Shown one piece after another: positions 53,404 to 64,000 of a stretch of DNA of 64,000 nt (the stretch's first letter is position 1; every line of letters starts with the position of its first letter). The DNA is from Chiloscyllium plagiosum (taxonomy: Eukaryota). The stretch lies in assembly GCF_004010195.1 (NCBI RefSeq), contig NC_057713.1:84602350-84666349 (forward strand), in the 5' to 3' direction. Under the pieces are notes generated by a model. The model saw nothing but the letters and a program-made list of their open reading frames with translations, had not been told where the DNA came from and ran no database searches. Made by a program: the position numbers and the translations under genes.

Positions 53404-56400
53404 GTTAGTGATAAAAATGAAAGAACAGTTTCTCTGAAGTGTCATTGTGTTTAAATATGATTTGCAGTTGTGCATTGAAGTGTTAATAGCACCTTGGTAA
53501 ATATTCTGGTCAAACAGCTGTGTACTTTTTTAAAATAGTGCCATTTGCCATTAACAGGAACATTGTTTTTCTATATCTCTTAATAAGTGGTTAACTTCAT
53601 TATAAACTTCATTGTTTAGCGAAAGAGTTTGATGTAATTATCAATAACTAATGGTGCCAAAATTTCTGTCTTCACCAAGCTTTGACAAATGTTGGAAAGA
53701 AAATGATACAATCCAAGTAGCAGATTGCTAGCTGACTATGCATCAATGCTTAAGTATTCCAAACCATCCACAAATTATATTTATGGAGAAAACAAAGTTG
53801 ATTTTAATCAATTGATTTGATTTTTAGTCCTTGTTTAGACCATTAATAAGAACATAGTAGAGCAAACTTTTTATTTACAGGCACCTATGAGACCATGAGT
53901 GGACTAGTTGGATCAAGTGGTTCACATAATCAGTGGAAAAACACACACTAAGTAAATTAAGCATTATGCAGAGGGTATACACATCACTTCTACTTTTATT
54001 TACATCTTTAATAATAATGAAACTTTGCCTTAAATAAAACTTTCCGGCAAAGAGCCTTTTCATTTGCACCCTGCACTGACTATTTGGAGATCGCAAAAAT
54101 GGAGTAAACTTCTATTATTTTGGGTCTATAATTTTTGCTGCTTTGAGAGTTCCAGTTGCAAAATCAAACTAAAATTGTGACATCCGATCAGAGATGGATT
54201 AATATACTTTAAAGGACACAAATATTATAGAGCAACACCACAAATGCATGTAGAACAATTAGAAAAATAGGTAGACTCACAGTATCAGGCAGAAATAGTG
54301 TTGGTAGGTGCTCAAAAAAGAAAGCAAAATTAAAACTAAATTTCAAGTTTTAAACTAGTTCAAAAATTCATGCATTTTCTATGAATTAATATAGTAACCC
54401 CGGATGGTAACTTACTTTCCTGGATCCTAAGCTGCAACAGCTCTTTCAACCCATTTCGTAGTCAGAGATTCAACCATACTCAAGTCCCCTCCCACCCCCA
54501 TTCTGCCATTTGTTCTGGATTCTACTGCAACCAACTGGATGGAAATCACATTCATCAGGCTGATTCTAAGTGGGGGATCTTGGTGCGGAATTTTCCCTGT
54601 TTTCCATCTGAAATTTCACTTCTTTGCCTCTTTTAAAACCAAGGTTGAACAGTCTGATAAATGATATAATTGCTAAGATGTTAAAGTCAATGTCCCAGAC
54701 TCTTTCATTGTTGCAAACAGTCTTAGGCATGTATTTTAGAACGAGCTGCACCTGTGGCCAAGCAGTTCCACTACAGCTGCAATACAAAAACCAAAATAAA
54801 TTGATACATTCAGCCACTTATTGCCCCATGAATCTAATCTTAATAATCAGCAAAATGATGAAAGGTGTTGACATTGCTGTCAAGTGTCACTAAATTGGTA
54901 ATAGCCTGGTCACAGATTGCTTGGCTTGGGTCTACCAATGTGCTTGGCTCCAGACCTTCACAGTAAAATCTTGATCCAGACCAAGATAAAAGAGCTGAAT
55001 TCTGGAGGTAAACTGAAAATGATTGGCCTTGACACCAATACAGCATTTGATGGAGCATCTCATCAAGCAGTTGTAGCAAAATCAGGAATAAATGGTAGTC
55101 TGTCTGCGTGAAGGAGTCATAGATAGCACTAAAAATGGCAGTGATTATCTCAGTCCCAAGCCATCACAATTTCTGAGAGGCCTAGCCTCTATCATCCTCA
55201 ACTAATTGCTCAATGATATGTCTGACCTAGTAAGATTAGAAATGAGGATATTCACTGTTAATTGGGTGCTATTCAATTCCATTTGCGATTCCCCAGATAG
55301 TGAAGTAGGTGTGCACACATGTAGCAGCACCTGACAATATTCATGCTTGAGATATTGGTTGGCAAGTAATATTTGTGCATACAAGGGTCAGGGTAATGCA
55401 GGCAATGACCATTAAAAGGAAAGAGTTTAACCCTTTCGTCCTAAATTTCAGTGGCATTGGTTGAATCCCTCACTATTAACATCCTGGGTGTTGCCATTGA
55501 CTAGAGCTTAATTGGACTAGCAATATAAATGCAATGATTTGAAGAGCAGGTCTGAAGTTGGACATGCTTGAACAAGTAACTCAGCCTCTGTCTTCCCCAA
55601 AGCCTGTCTGCTGTCAGGAAAATGGATAAGAAAGTGTCACTATAATAATGAATAAATGTTCATCTACCTACTATCTTTTAAATAATCACTGTTGGAACTC
55701 AGTCATAATTAATGATTGTGCATGGAGAACTGGGAAATCAACTGTGGGCACATGCATTTAAGGTTTGTGGAAAGGAGGAGATGCAGTCAGAATAAGATTA
55801 TTTTCTTTGTGTTAATTGTGGTTGGAGCTATTGTATAAATAGGAGAAGATGGAGGGAATCCAGACCTTGGCTCATGTAGACTGGTGGAGAAGGACAGGTA
55901 AATAACAACATTCTTCTATCTCAAAAATGCCATTTCACTAAACTTTACACACCTAACTATGCATGGCAAGCAATAAGAAATGGGCAAGGTCTATAATATC
56001 CTACAATGGTATTGGAAAATGCAGCCCTTTTTTAAATTCAAATACTCAAAATATGACATGACCTTGACAAGAGTAACCTTGCCTTTTTAAGTTAGGTAGC
56101 ACCTAAATGGCAATTCTGGATATTTTTGAGATATGATTTTTAAAAAAAATAATTTGGGTCCTGAACCACATCTAACACGAGCTGATTTGAATGCATTAGT
56201 TACTTACGTGTATCGGCAACATTTTACATGGGTTCAACCATTTGATCAGAAAATTCAGATAGAGTGCAGTGTGGGAACAAAGTAAAGGATAAGGATTAGC
56301 ACTGGACCTATTTCAATTACTTGTATGGGTACAACACCCAGTAAAACTACCCTTTATCTACACACAATACAGAATGCAAACATTTGGTATGATATCCAAA

Positions 56401-57933
56401 TTGTAATTCCCTTCTTGCAATTTTGTTCATCACAAAGATAGCCACTCTGTTAACGTTTGATCTCATATAAAATACTCCGTTTGCCAGTATACAAACACAC
56501 GTGGCAATCTTCCCAAGAATACTATACAAAGATTTAGGTGTTTTAAAATTAGTTTTAGCTTTCCATTTATGATACTGTTGTCTGAAATTGAAATGAAAGG
56601 TTATATAAAGCATATATGGAATTTTTATACAGTACTTATTTTTTATTTTAAAGAACAAAGAAAATTTACAGCCCAGAACAGGCCCTTTGGCCCTCCAAGC
56701 CTGAGCCGATTCAAATCCACCATCTAAAGCTGTCGCCCAATTCCTAAGGATCTGTGTCCCTCTGCTCCCCACCTACTCCTGCATCTGTGCAGACAGAACC
56801 TAAATGAATCTACCGTGCCTGCCTCTACTACCTCTGCTAGCAACGCATTCCAGGCACCAACCACTTTCTGTGTAAAGTACTTTCCGCATGTATCCCCCTT
56901 AAACTTTTCACCTCTCGCCTTGAACACATGACCTCTCGTTATTGAATGCCTCACCCTGGGAAAAAGCTTACTTCTATCTATCCTATCTATATCCTTCATG
57001 ATTTTGAAGACTTCAATCAGGTCCCCCCTCAATCTTCTTTTTTCTAATTAAAACAATCCTAACCTACTCAACCACTCTTCATATCTAGCACCTTCTATAC
57101 CAGGCAACATTCTCGTAAACCTTCTCTGCACCCTCTCCAAAGCATCCACATCCTTTTGGTAATGTGGTGACCAGAACTATACACGGTAGTCTAAATGCGG
57201 CCGAACCAAAGTATTGTACAATTTTAACATGACCTGCCAACTCTTGGACTCAATACCCTGTCTGATAAAGGCAAGCATACCATATACCTCCTTGACCACT
57301 CTAACCACCTGTGCAGCCACCTTCAGGCTACAATGGACCTGAACTCCCAGATTTCTCTGCTCATCGACTTTTCCCAAGGCTCTTCCGTTTATAGTATAGT
57401 TCGCTCTAGAATTAGAGTTCCCAAAATGCATCCCCTCACATTTGCCTGGATTGAACTTCACTGCCACTTCTCTGCCCAACTGTCCAGTCTATCTATATTC
57501 TCCTGTATTCTTTGACAGTCCCCTATGCTTTCTACTACTTCACCAATCTTTGTGTCATCTGCAAACTTACTGAACAGACCAACAAAGCCCTCTTCCAGTT
57601 AATTTATGTATATTACAAACAAGAGTGGCCCCAGCCCCGATCCCTGTGGAACACCACTGGTCACCTTTCCCCATTTCGAGAACCTCCCTTCAACCACTAC
57701 TCTCTGTCAGCTGTTGCTCGTCCAGTTCTTTATCCATCTAGCTAGAACACCTTGACACCATAAGACTTCACTTTCTTCATTAGTTTACCATGGGGAACCT
57801 TATTAAATGCCTTAATAAAGTCCATGTTTATGACACCTACAGCCCTTCCTTCATCTATCAACTTGGTCAGTTTCTCAAAGGACTCTATTTGGTAAGGCTT
57901 GATCTCCCCCGTACAAAACCTATCACTGATAAG

Positions 57934-58073
57934 GCAACATCCCTCCTTATTCCTGAAGAAGGGCTTATGCCTGAAACGTCGAATCTCCTGTTCCTTGGAT
58001 GCTGCCTGACCTGCTGCGCTTTACCAGCAACACATTTTCAGCTCTGATCTCCAGCATCTGCAGCCCTCACTTT
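57934..58073 (+). mobile_element. Single-arm short PLE-derived element, 14-bp TSD ctatcactgataag
   Basis: TSD at 57920-57933 and 58074-58087; inserted in CR1. Confidence 0.9.
57949..57984 (+). ncRNA. Minimal type-I hammerhead ribozyme motif
   Basis: auuc-CUGAAGA-A-GGGC-UUAU-GCCU-GAAAC-GUC-gaau; helix I auuc/gaau. Confidence 0.75.
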
Positions 58074-58836
58074 CTATCACTGATAAGCCCAATCTTTTCC
58101 AAATATAAGTAGATTTTATCCCTCAGTATCCCTTTTTTCCAGCAACTGACATCAGGCTTACTGGTCTGTAGTTACCTGGAATTTCCCTACTACTCTTCTT
58201 GTACAGGGGGACAACATTAGCAACCTTCCATCCTCTGGCACCTCACCTGTGTTTAAGGATGCTACAAAGATATATGTCAGGGTTCCAGCTATATCCTCTC
58301 TCGCCTCCCTCAGCAACCTGGGATAGATCCCATCCAGTCCTGAGGATTTGTCCACCTTAATATCCTTTAGCCTACCCAACACATCTTCCCTCCTTATGTC
58401 AACGTGATCCAGAGCAAGCAAACTTCTATCTCTAATCTCAACATTCATCAAGTCCCTCTCCTCGGTGAATACTGATGCAAAGTAATCATTGAGAATCTCA
58501 CCCATTTTCTCAGGTTTGACACACAACCTTCCTTCCTAATCCTTTAGTGGACCAACCCTTTCTCTAGTTACCCTCTTGCTTCTTATATATGAATAAAAGG
58601 CCTTTGGATTCTCCTTAATTCTGCTCGCTAAAGTTATTTCATGATCCCTTTTAGCCCGCTTGCTTCCTCGTTTAAGATTGGTCCTCTCTCCCGATATTCT
58701 TCTAAGGCCCACTCTGTTCTTAGCTGCCTGAACCTTATGTACGCTTCCCTTTGCCTTTTGGCTAGTAGCACGATTTCTCCTGTCATCCACGGTTCACGAA
58801 TCTTGCCTTTCCTATCCCTTGTTTTCAAAGGGACAT

Positions 58837-59052
58837 CTTCGAGGAGAAAGTGAGGTCTGCAGATGCTGGAGATCAAAGTTGAAACTTTATTGCTGGAACA
58901 GCACAGCAGGTCAGGCAGCATCCAGGGAACAGGAGATTCGACGTTTCGGGCACAGGCCCTTCCTGAAGAAGGGCCTGTGCCCGAAACGTCGAATCTCCTG
59001 TTCCCTGGATGCTGCCTGACCTGCTGTGCTGTTCCAGCAATAAAGTTTCAAC
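58837..59052. mobile_element. Fold-back short PLE-derived element with perfect 88-bp arms, 14-bp TSD tttcaaagggacat
   Basis: Arms 58875-58962 and 58968-59055, loop CTGAA; TSD at 58823-58836 and 59053-59066. Confidence 0.93.
58960..58993 (+). ncRNA. Minimal type-I hammerhead ribozyme motif
   Basis: uuc-CUGAAGA-A-GGGC-CUGU-GCCC-GAAAC-GUC-gaa. Confidence 0.75.
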
Positions 59053-61537
59053 TTTCAAAGGGACATGCCTATCCTGCCGTATATTCAACCGATCTTTGAA
59101 AGACTCCCACATATCAAATGTGCACTTTCCTTCACATAGCTGCTCCCAGTCCACATGTCCCAGCTTCTGCCAAATTTTGATATAATTGGCCCAATTTAGT
59201 ACTCTTCCCTTAAGACCATTTTCATCCCTGTCTACAAGTATTCTAAAACTTACAGAATTGTGATCATTCTTTCCAAAGAAATGCCTCACTGCAACTTCTA
59301 CCAACTTGCCTGGTTCATTCCCCAACACCAGGTCCAATGTAGCCCCTTCCTTTGTCGGACTATTAACATACTGCTCTAGAAAGCTTTCCTGAACATTCCT
59401 TACAAATCCTGCCCCATCCAGACCTCTGACACTAAGTGTATCTCAGTCAATATTGGGAAAATTAAAATCTCCCATCACCATCACCCTGTTGCCTCTACAT
59501 CTTTCCATAATCTGTTTACCTATTTGTTCTTCTACCTCACGCTCACAGTTGAAGGCCTGTAATACAGCCCCAACAATGTAACTGCACCGTTCTTATTTCT
59601 CCGCTCTACCCATAATGCCTCACTGCTCAAGCCCTCTATAGTGCCCTCCTTTAGCACAGCTGTGATATCATACCTGACCAGCAATGGAACTTCTCCCCCC
59701 ACTTTAACTTCCCTCTCTGTCCTGACTGAAGCATCCATATCCTGGAACAGTTAGTTGCCCATCATGCCCTTCCTTCAACTAAGTCTTTGTCATCACAATA
59801 ACGTCATACTCCCAGGCACCAATCCAAGCCCTAAGTTCATCTGCCTTACCCACTATACTCCTTGCATTAAAGTACATGCACTTCAGGCCACAAATTCTTT
59901 TGCATTCATCTGCTCTCTGCCTACTCTTCCTCTTGGTAATGCTAACTTCATGATCCTTAAGGTCTCCACCTCACTGTTCCCAATGCAAATGCACAGTGAA
60001 GTTTCCACCTCACTGTCTACTAGTCTTCACTTCACTTCAGGTTCCCAGCCCCCTGCCACATTAGTATAAACCCTCCCCAACAGCAGTTGCAAAAACTCTC
60101 CCAAGGACATTCGTTCCAGTCTGGTTCAGGTGTAGACCATCCATTTTGTTGGCTCCTCCTCTTTAACTTCTCTCCTAGCTCCCAGAATTCTGCTTTCAGG
60201 ACCTAATCTTGTTTTTTTTACTTATACCATTGGTGCCTATATGCTCCACGATAACTGGCTGTTCACCCTCCCCTTTCAGAATGCAGTGCAGACGGTCGGT
60301 GACATCCGTGACCCGAGCACCTGAGAGGCAACATACCATCTGGGAATCTCATTTTCAGCCACAGAACCGCCTATCTACTCCCCTTACAATAGAATCTCCT
60401 GTGACTATGGCCCAATTAGTCTTTTTCCTGCCCTTCTGAACAGCAGTGCCCACCATGGTGCCACGATCCTGGTAGCTGCTGCCCTCCCCTGGTGAGCCAT
60501 CTCCCCGAACAGTATCCAAAACGGTATACCTGTCTTGGAAGGGGAATGACCGCAGGGGACACCTGCACTGCCTTCCTACTCTTTCTCTGCCTTTTGGTCA
60601 CCCATTCACTCTCTCCTTCAACAATTCTAATCTGCGGTGTGACCAATTCACTAAACGTGCTACTCACGACCTCCTCAGCATCGCAGATGCTCCACAGAGA
60701 GTCCATCCACAGCCCAGAGCCATCATATGGTCAAACAAGAGCTGCAGCTGGACATATTTCTTGCAAGTGTAAGAGTCAGGAACTTCAGCCATGTCCCTGA
60801 GCTCCCACATCAAGCAAGAGGCACATGCCACCGGTCTGAGGTCCCCTGCCATTGTAAGCCTTAGCTTTATATCAACTAACTAAAACCAAACAATGCATTT
60901 AAAAATATGAAAGAAAAGAAAAACAGACCTTACCTTAGAGTCCTTTTCTTCTGTTTTTGGTGGGTGGAGGGGAGGGGGGTTGAAGCAGGAGGGAGATACT
61001 ACACATGTAGTATCTCTGCTTTAACCACTCCCCAAATATACACTAAGTCCTTACCTTCCCTGTAACCTCCTGGTCTGCATCTTCACCTCTGCTCTGTCTC
61101 CCGCTGCTCCCGGACAGGCAACAGGTTGCAGGCTTCAAAGGTAAGTATTTATACTGTTTGCTTATCTTCCTGGAAACTTTCTGGTCCCAAGGTCACCTCC
61201 ACTCTATCTTCCACTGCTCCCTTAGGAAAAAGGATTTATAATGAATTTCCTACTTAAAAATAATTGAAAATAAATGTATGCTGATATTTAGTTACTTCCA
61301 GTAACAGTAACATAGGTACACCACTGGAAGTTAACAAATCCATTGAAACTTGTATTAGTTAAATCAACCAGTTGGTATTTGACAAATGCAAAGGGATCCA
61401 TTGTTAGCCATTTTTCTTAGTTAGTGCTAACAGAGCCACTTTCTTGGGAACCCACACTTTGTATTATGCATTCCTGCAAATTTCACTGCCTTAAACATCC
61501 ACGACAAAAAAAAACGATTGTTGCAGTGCATGAAGTA

Positions 61538-61846
61538 GGCGGAATGGTGGCACAGTGGTTAGCACTGCTGCCTCACAGCGCCAGAGACCCGGGTTCAATT
61601 CCCACCTCAGGCGACTCTCTGTGTGGAGTTTGCACATTCTCCCCGTATCTGCGTGGGTTTCCTCCGGGTGCTCCGGTTTCCTCCCACAATCCAAAAATGT
61701 GCAGGCTAGGTGAATTGGCCATGCTAAGTTGCCCACAGTGTTAGGTGAATAGGTAAATGTAGGGGAATGGGTCTGGATGGGTTGCGCTTCGGCGGGTGGA
61801 CTTGTTGGGCCTGTTTCCACACTGTAAGTAATCTAATCTAATCTAA
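61538..61846 (+). mobile_element. HE1-like V-SINE, young
   Basis: Near-identical to 12488-12802; (taatc)n tail. Confidence 0.92.
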
Positions 61847-62707
61847 GTACTGCCATAATGGGCTAATACTGTATAAACAACATCTTCCAAAGCCACTGCT
61901 TTAACACTTAGAAGAACAAGAGCAGCATGTGCATTGGGAACATCTGTAACTCATATGCCCCTCCAAGCCTGACCACTTTGAATTGAAAATAAAGTATTCT
62001 CTCTTCATAGTACTGAGTCAATCTCCTGCAGTTCTCTACCTGACAGCAACATAAGTGTATCTGCACCGCACAGATTTCAGTAGGTCAAAAAAGTGGCCCA
62101 CCACAACCTTCACGAGAGCACTTAGCAAAGGACAGTAAATCCTGACTTTGTCACCAATGCCCGATCCTATGAATAAATAAAAGAAGTACAATAGTTATCT
62201 ATCTTAAAATCAGAATTTTGATCTAATTATAATTCCTTACTACAATAAATACACTTCAAACCAAGCAACACTTCATAATCACAAAACTGAGCAAATTAAT
62301 TTGACCTCTGTAAAAACTAATAATACTACCCACAAACTGAGATAAAAATCATTGTTTCTTGCATACAACTAAGGAGCCATTACTTTTTAAAAAAAGTATT
62401 TCCGATTCAAGATGCATTACTAATAATTAAAATTTAGAAGTGATTTTTAAACATTTTTTCTTAAGAGTATAGATTACAATGAATACAAGTCCAAATTAGA
62501 AATGATTTAAAAACAAAAAATGTTAGAATATGCTTTTACAGCTTTTTCCCATTACTTCTCACTTTGGCTTTTATAGCATGAAATCTTGTGTCATTTAATA
62601 TTCCTTGCTGTGCACCCTAACAGACTTTTACCCCCTTCCCCCACTTCAAACTCAAACCTATTACTTCATTCTTCAGTTATGATAGAAGGTTATCATCTTG
62701 AAACATT

Positions 62708-64000
62708 TGGCAGGATCGTATAGGGGTCTGAGCAACATTGGGCTATGGTGAGATTTGAGACAGATTTGGATGGGAAGTCCAGCAAAGCCAACTCCTGCCT
62801 TTGTAGTATCTCTCTCCAACTTCCATGTTTTTCACAAGGGTCATGGTAAGCTTATTGCTAGATAGCAATGAGTTTCTCACTAGTTTGCAGTGATTGCCAA
62901 CTAAGGTGGATTACATCTTGTTAAACACCTTATTGATGACCCAAGTCACGTCATAATTTTAAGTTTTTTATATAACCAAACTTGACAAACAAGTGAGAAA
63001 TCGAGAAAAGTAAACATGGAAGCCTGATCAGGTACCTGGTGAATTCAGCTTTCACTTGCTCCAAATAAGCTCCATGTTGAGAACCAAGCACCAGTATCTC
63101 AGGACATGTTTTATTGGCACGAGCCACACTTACACCACTATTTCAGACAGTGGAATCTGCAATGTACAACTTCTAAGAACTCAGATGAACCTCTACCAAT
63201 CCACTTACACTTCCGCACTTCAGTGCTTCGGACTGCACTGGTCACTATCACTGTAATGCTGCAGCAAGGACACTGCACTTAGGGACAAGTGCCCAGCTTA
63301 TGGACTGAACTAGGCTGCATTTCCAGACTCTTCATTCGCAGTCATTGGACTCACTCACTTTGGCAACCTGGATGCTTACAGCATCTCTGCTTTGTATTGC
63401 CATCTGTTTTTGTGCTTTCCCCTCTCAGTCAGAGATACCAAGCTCATTTAACTTCTGTCATATCTTTTCTTTTAGTACAGAACAAAGGAAGGAAGCTTGT
63501 TATGATTGTCAGCAGTCCTTAGCCGAGTCAAAAGGATAGTCTTCACTCAGGGAATCCTGGAACAGTAAGTCAAGGACATGTTGATATCTGTCTAGGGCTT
63601 GGAAACTATCAGTTAAGCTAATCTGGATGGTCAGGATACTCTCTGCGTGAGGAGGTGAAGAGTTGAATGCCATGCAGCCCACTACCCATCTTGAGTCTTT
63701 CTGCCCTGTTGGGGACTGCTTTCTCGCTGAAATGCGAACAAGTCAAGTATTATGGAAAATGAAAATAGATGACATAGCTGTTACTCTTGGTGCAAGTAGT
63801 GGAGTGACCCGAGTGAGTGATTCAGCAATGCTGAGGGCATTTGGGGTTAGTGGTGTTTGGAGTTGGGGTGATTGACAGCAAGTGAGGGAAGATATTGCAG
63901 GCATCAGTGAGAGTGGTAGAGCAGTAACCTTGGTGGGAAGTGAGGTATCAGGGAGAAGATGGTAACAGTTAAGTTTGTGAATCGGAGAAGGTAATTGATC
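62708..64000. mobile_element. Second Harbinger-like relic, runs off the window end
   Basis: 63520-63645 aligns by eye with 51100-51235. Confidence 0.45.

Larger units (their letters stand above)
56649..61230 (-). mobile_element. Near full-length CR1 LINE (5' UTR, ORF1, APE-RT ORF2, 3' tail), frameshifted
   Basis: ORF1 MAGDLRPVACASC..YTCKKY from 60852; ORF2 fragments EALWVE, DLVLGNEPG, KENPKAFY, DKSSGLDGIYPR, LVRPHLDY and RGDLIEVFK in colinear order. Confidence 0.93.

Noticed and set aside
58819-59337. Identical peptides encoded on both strands (KVETLLLEQHSRSG...)
   Set aside because: A consequence of the palindromic non-coding element, not genes.
1-64000. CRISPR arrays, rRNA or prokaryotic operons
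   Set aside because: None seen; the sequence is a spliced vertebrate gene with interspersed repeats.

Overview
This is eukaryotic, repeat-dense intronic DNA, most likely from a shark, inferred from the HE1/V-SINE and HER1/CR1 repeat content. It carries ten spliced + strand coding exons of an ASAP1 orthologue (PH, ArfGAP, ankyrin and start of the Pro-rich region). One expected ArfGAP exon, with the second zinc knuckle and catalytic Arg, was not found and probably lies in the ~500-N gap at 27452-27950. Most ORF-track ORFs are decayed LINE, SINE or Penelope fragments, or noise. The most notable non-genic signal is two Penelope-like (PLE) families carrying minimal type-I hammerhead ribozyme motifs (CUGANGA..helix II..GAAAC-GUH). 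Several copies are inserted as fold-back palindromes with 12-15 bp target-site duplications, and several lie on the ASAP1 sense strand. The window also holds a LINE with a tRNA/SINE-like leader and no visible ORF1, plus Tigger, Harbinger and piggyBac relics.
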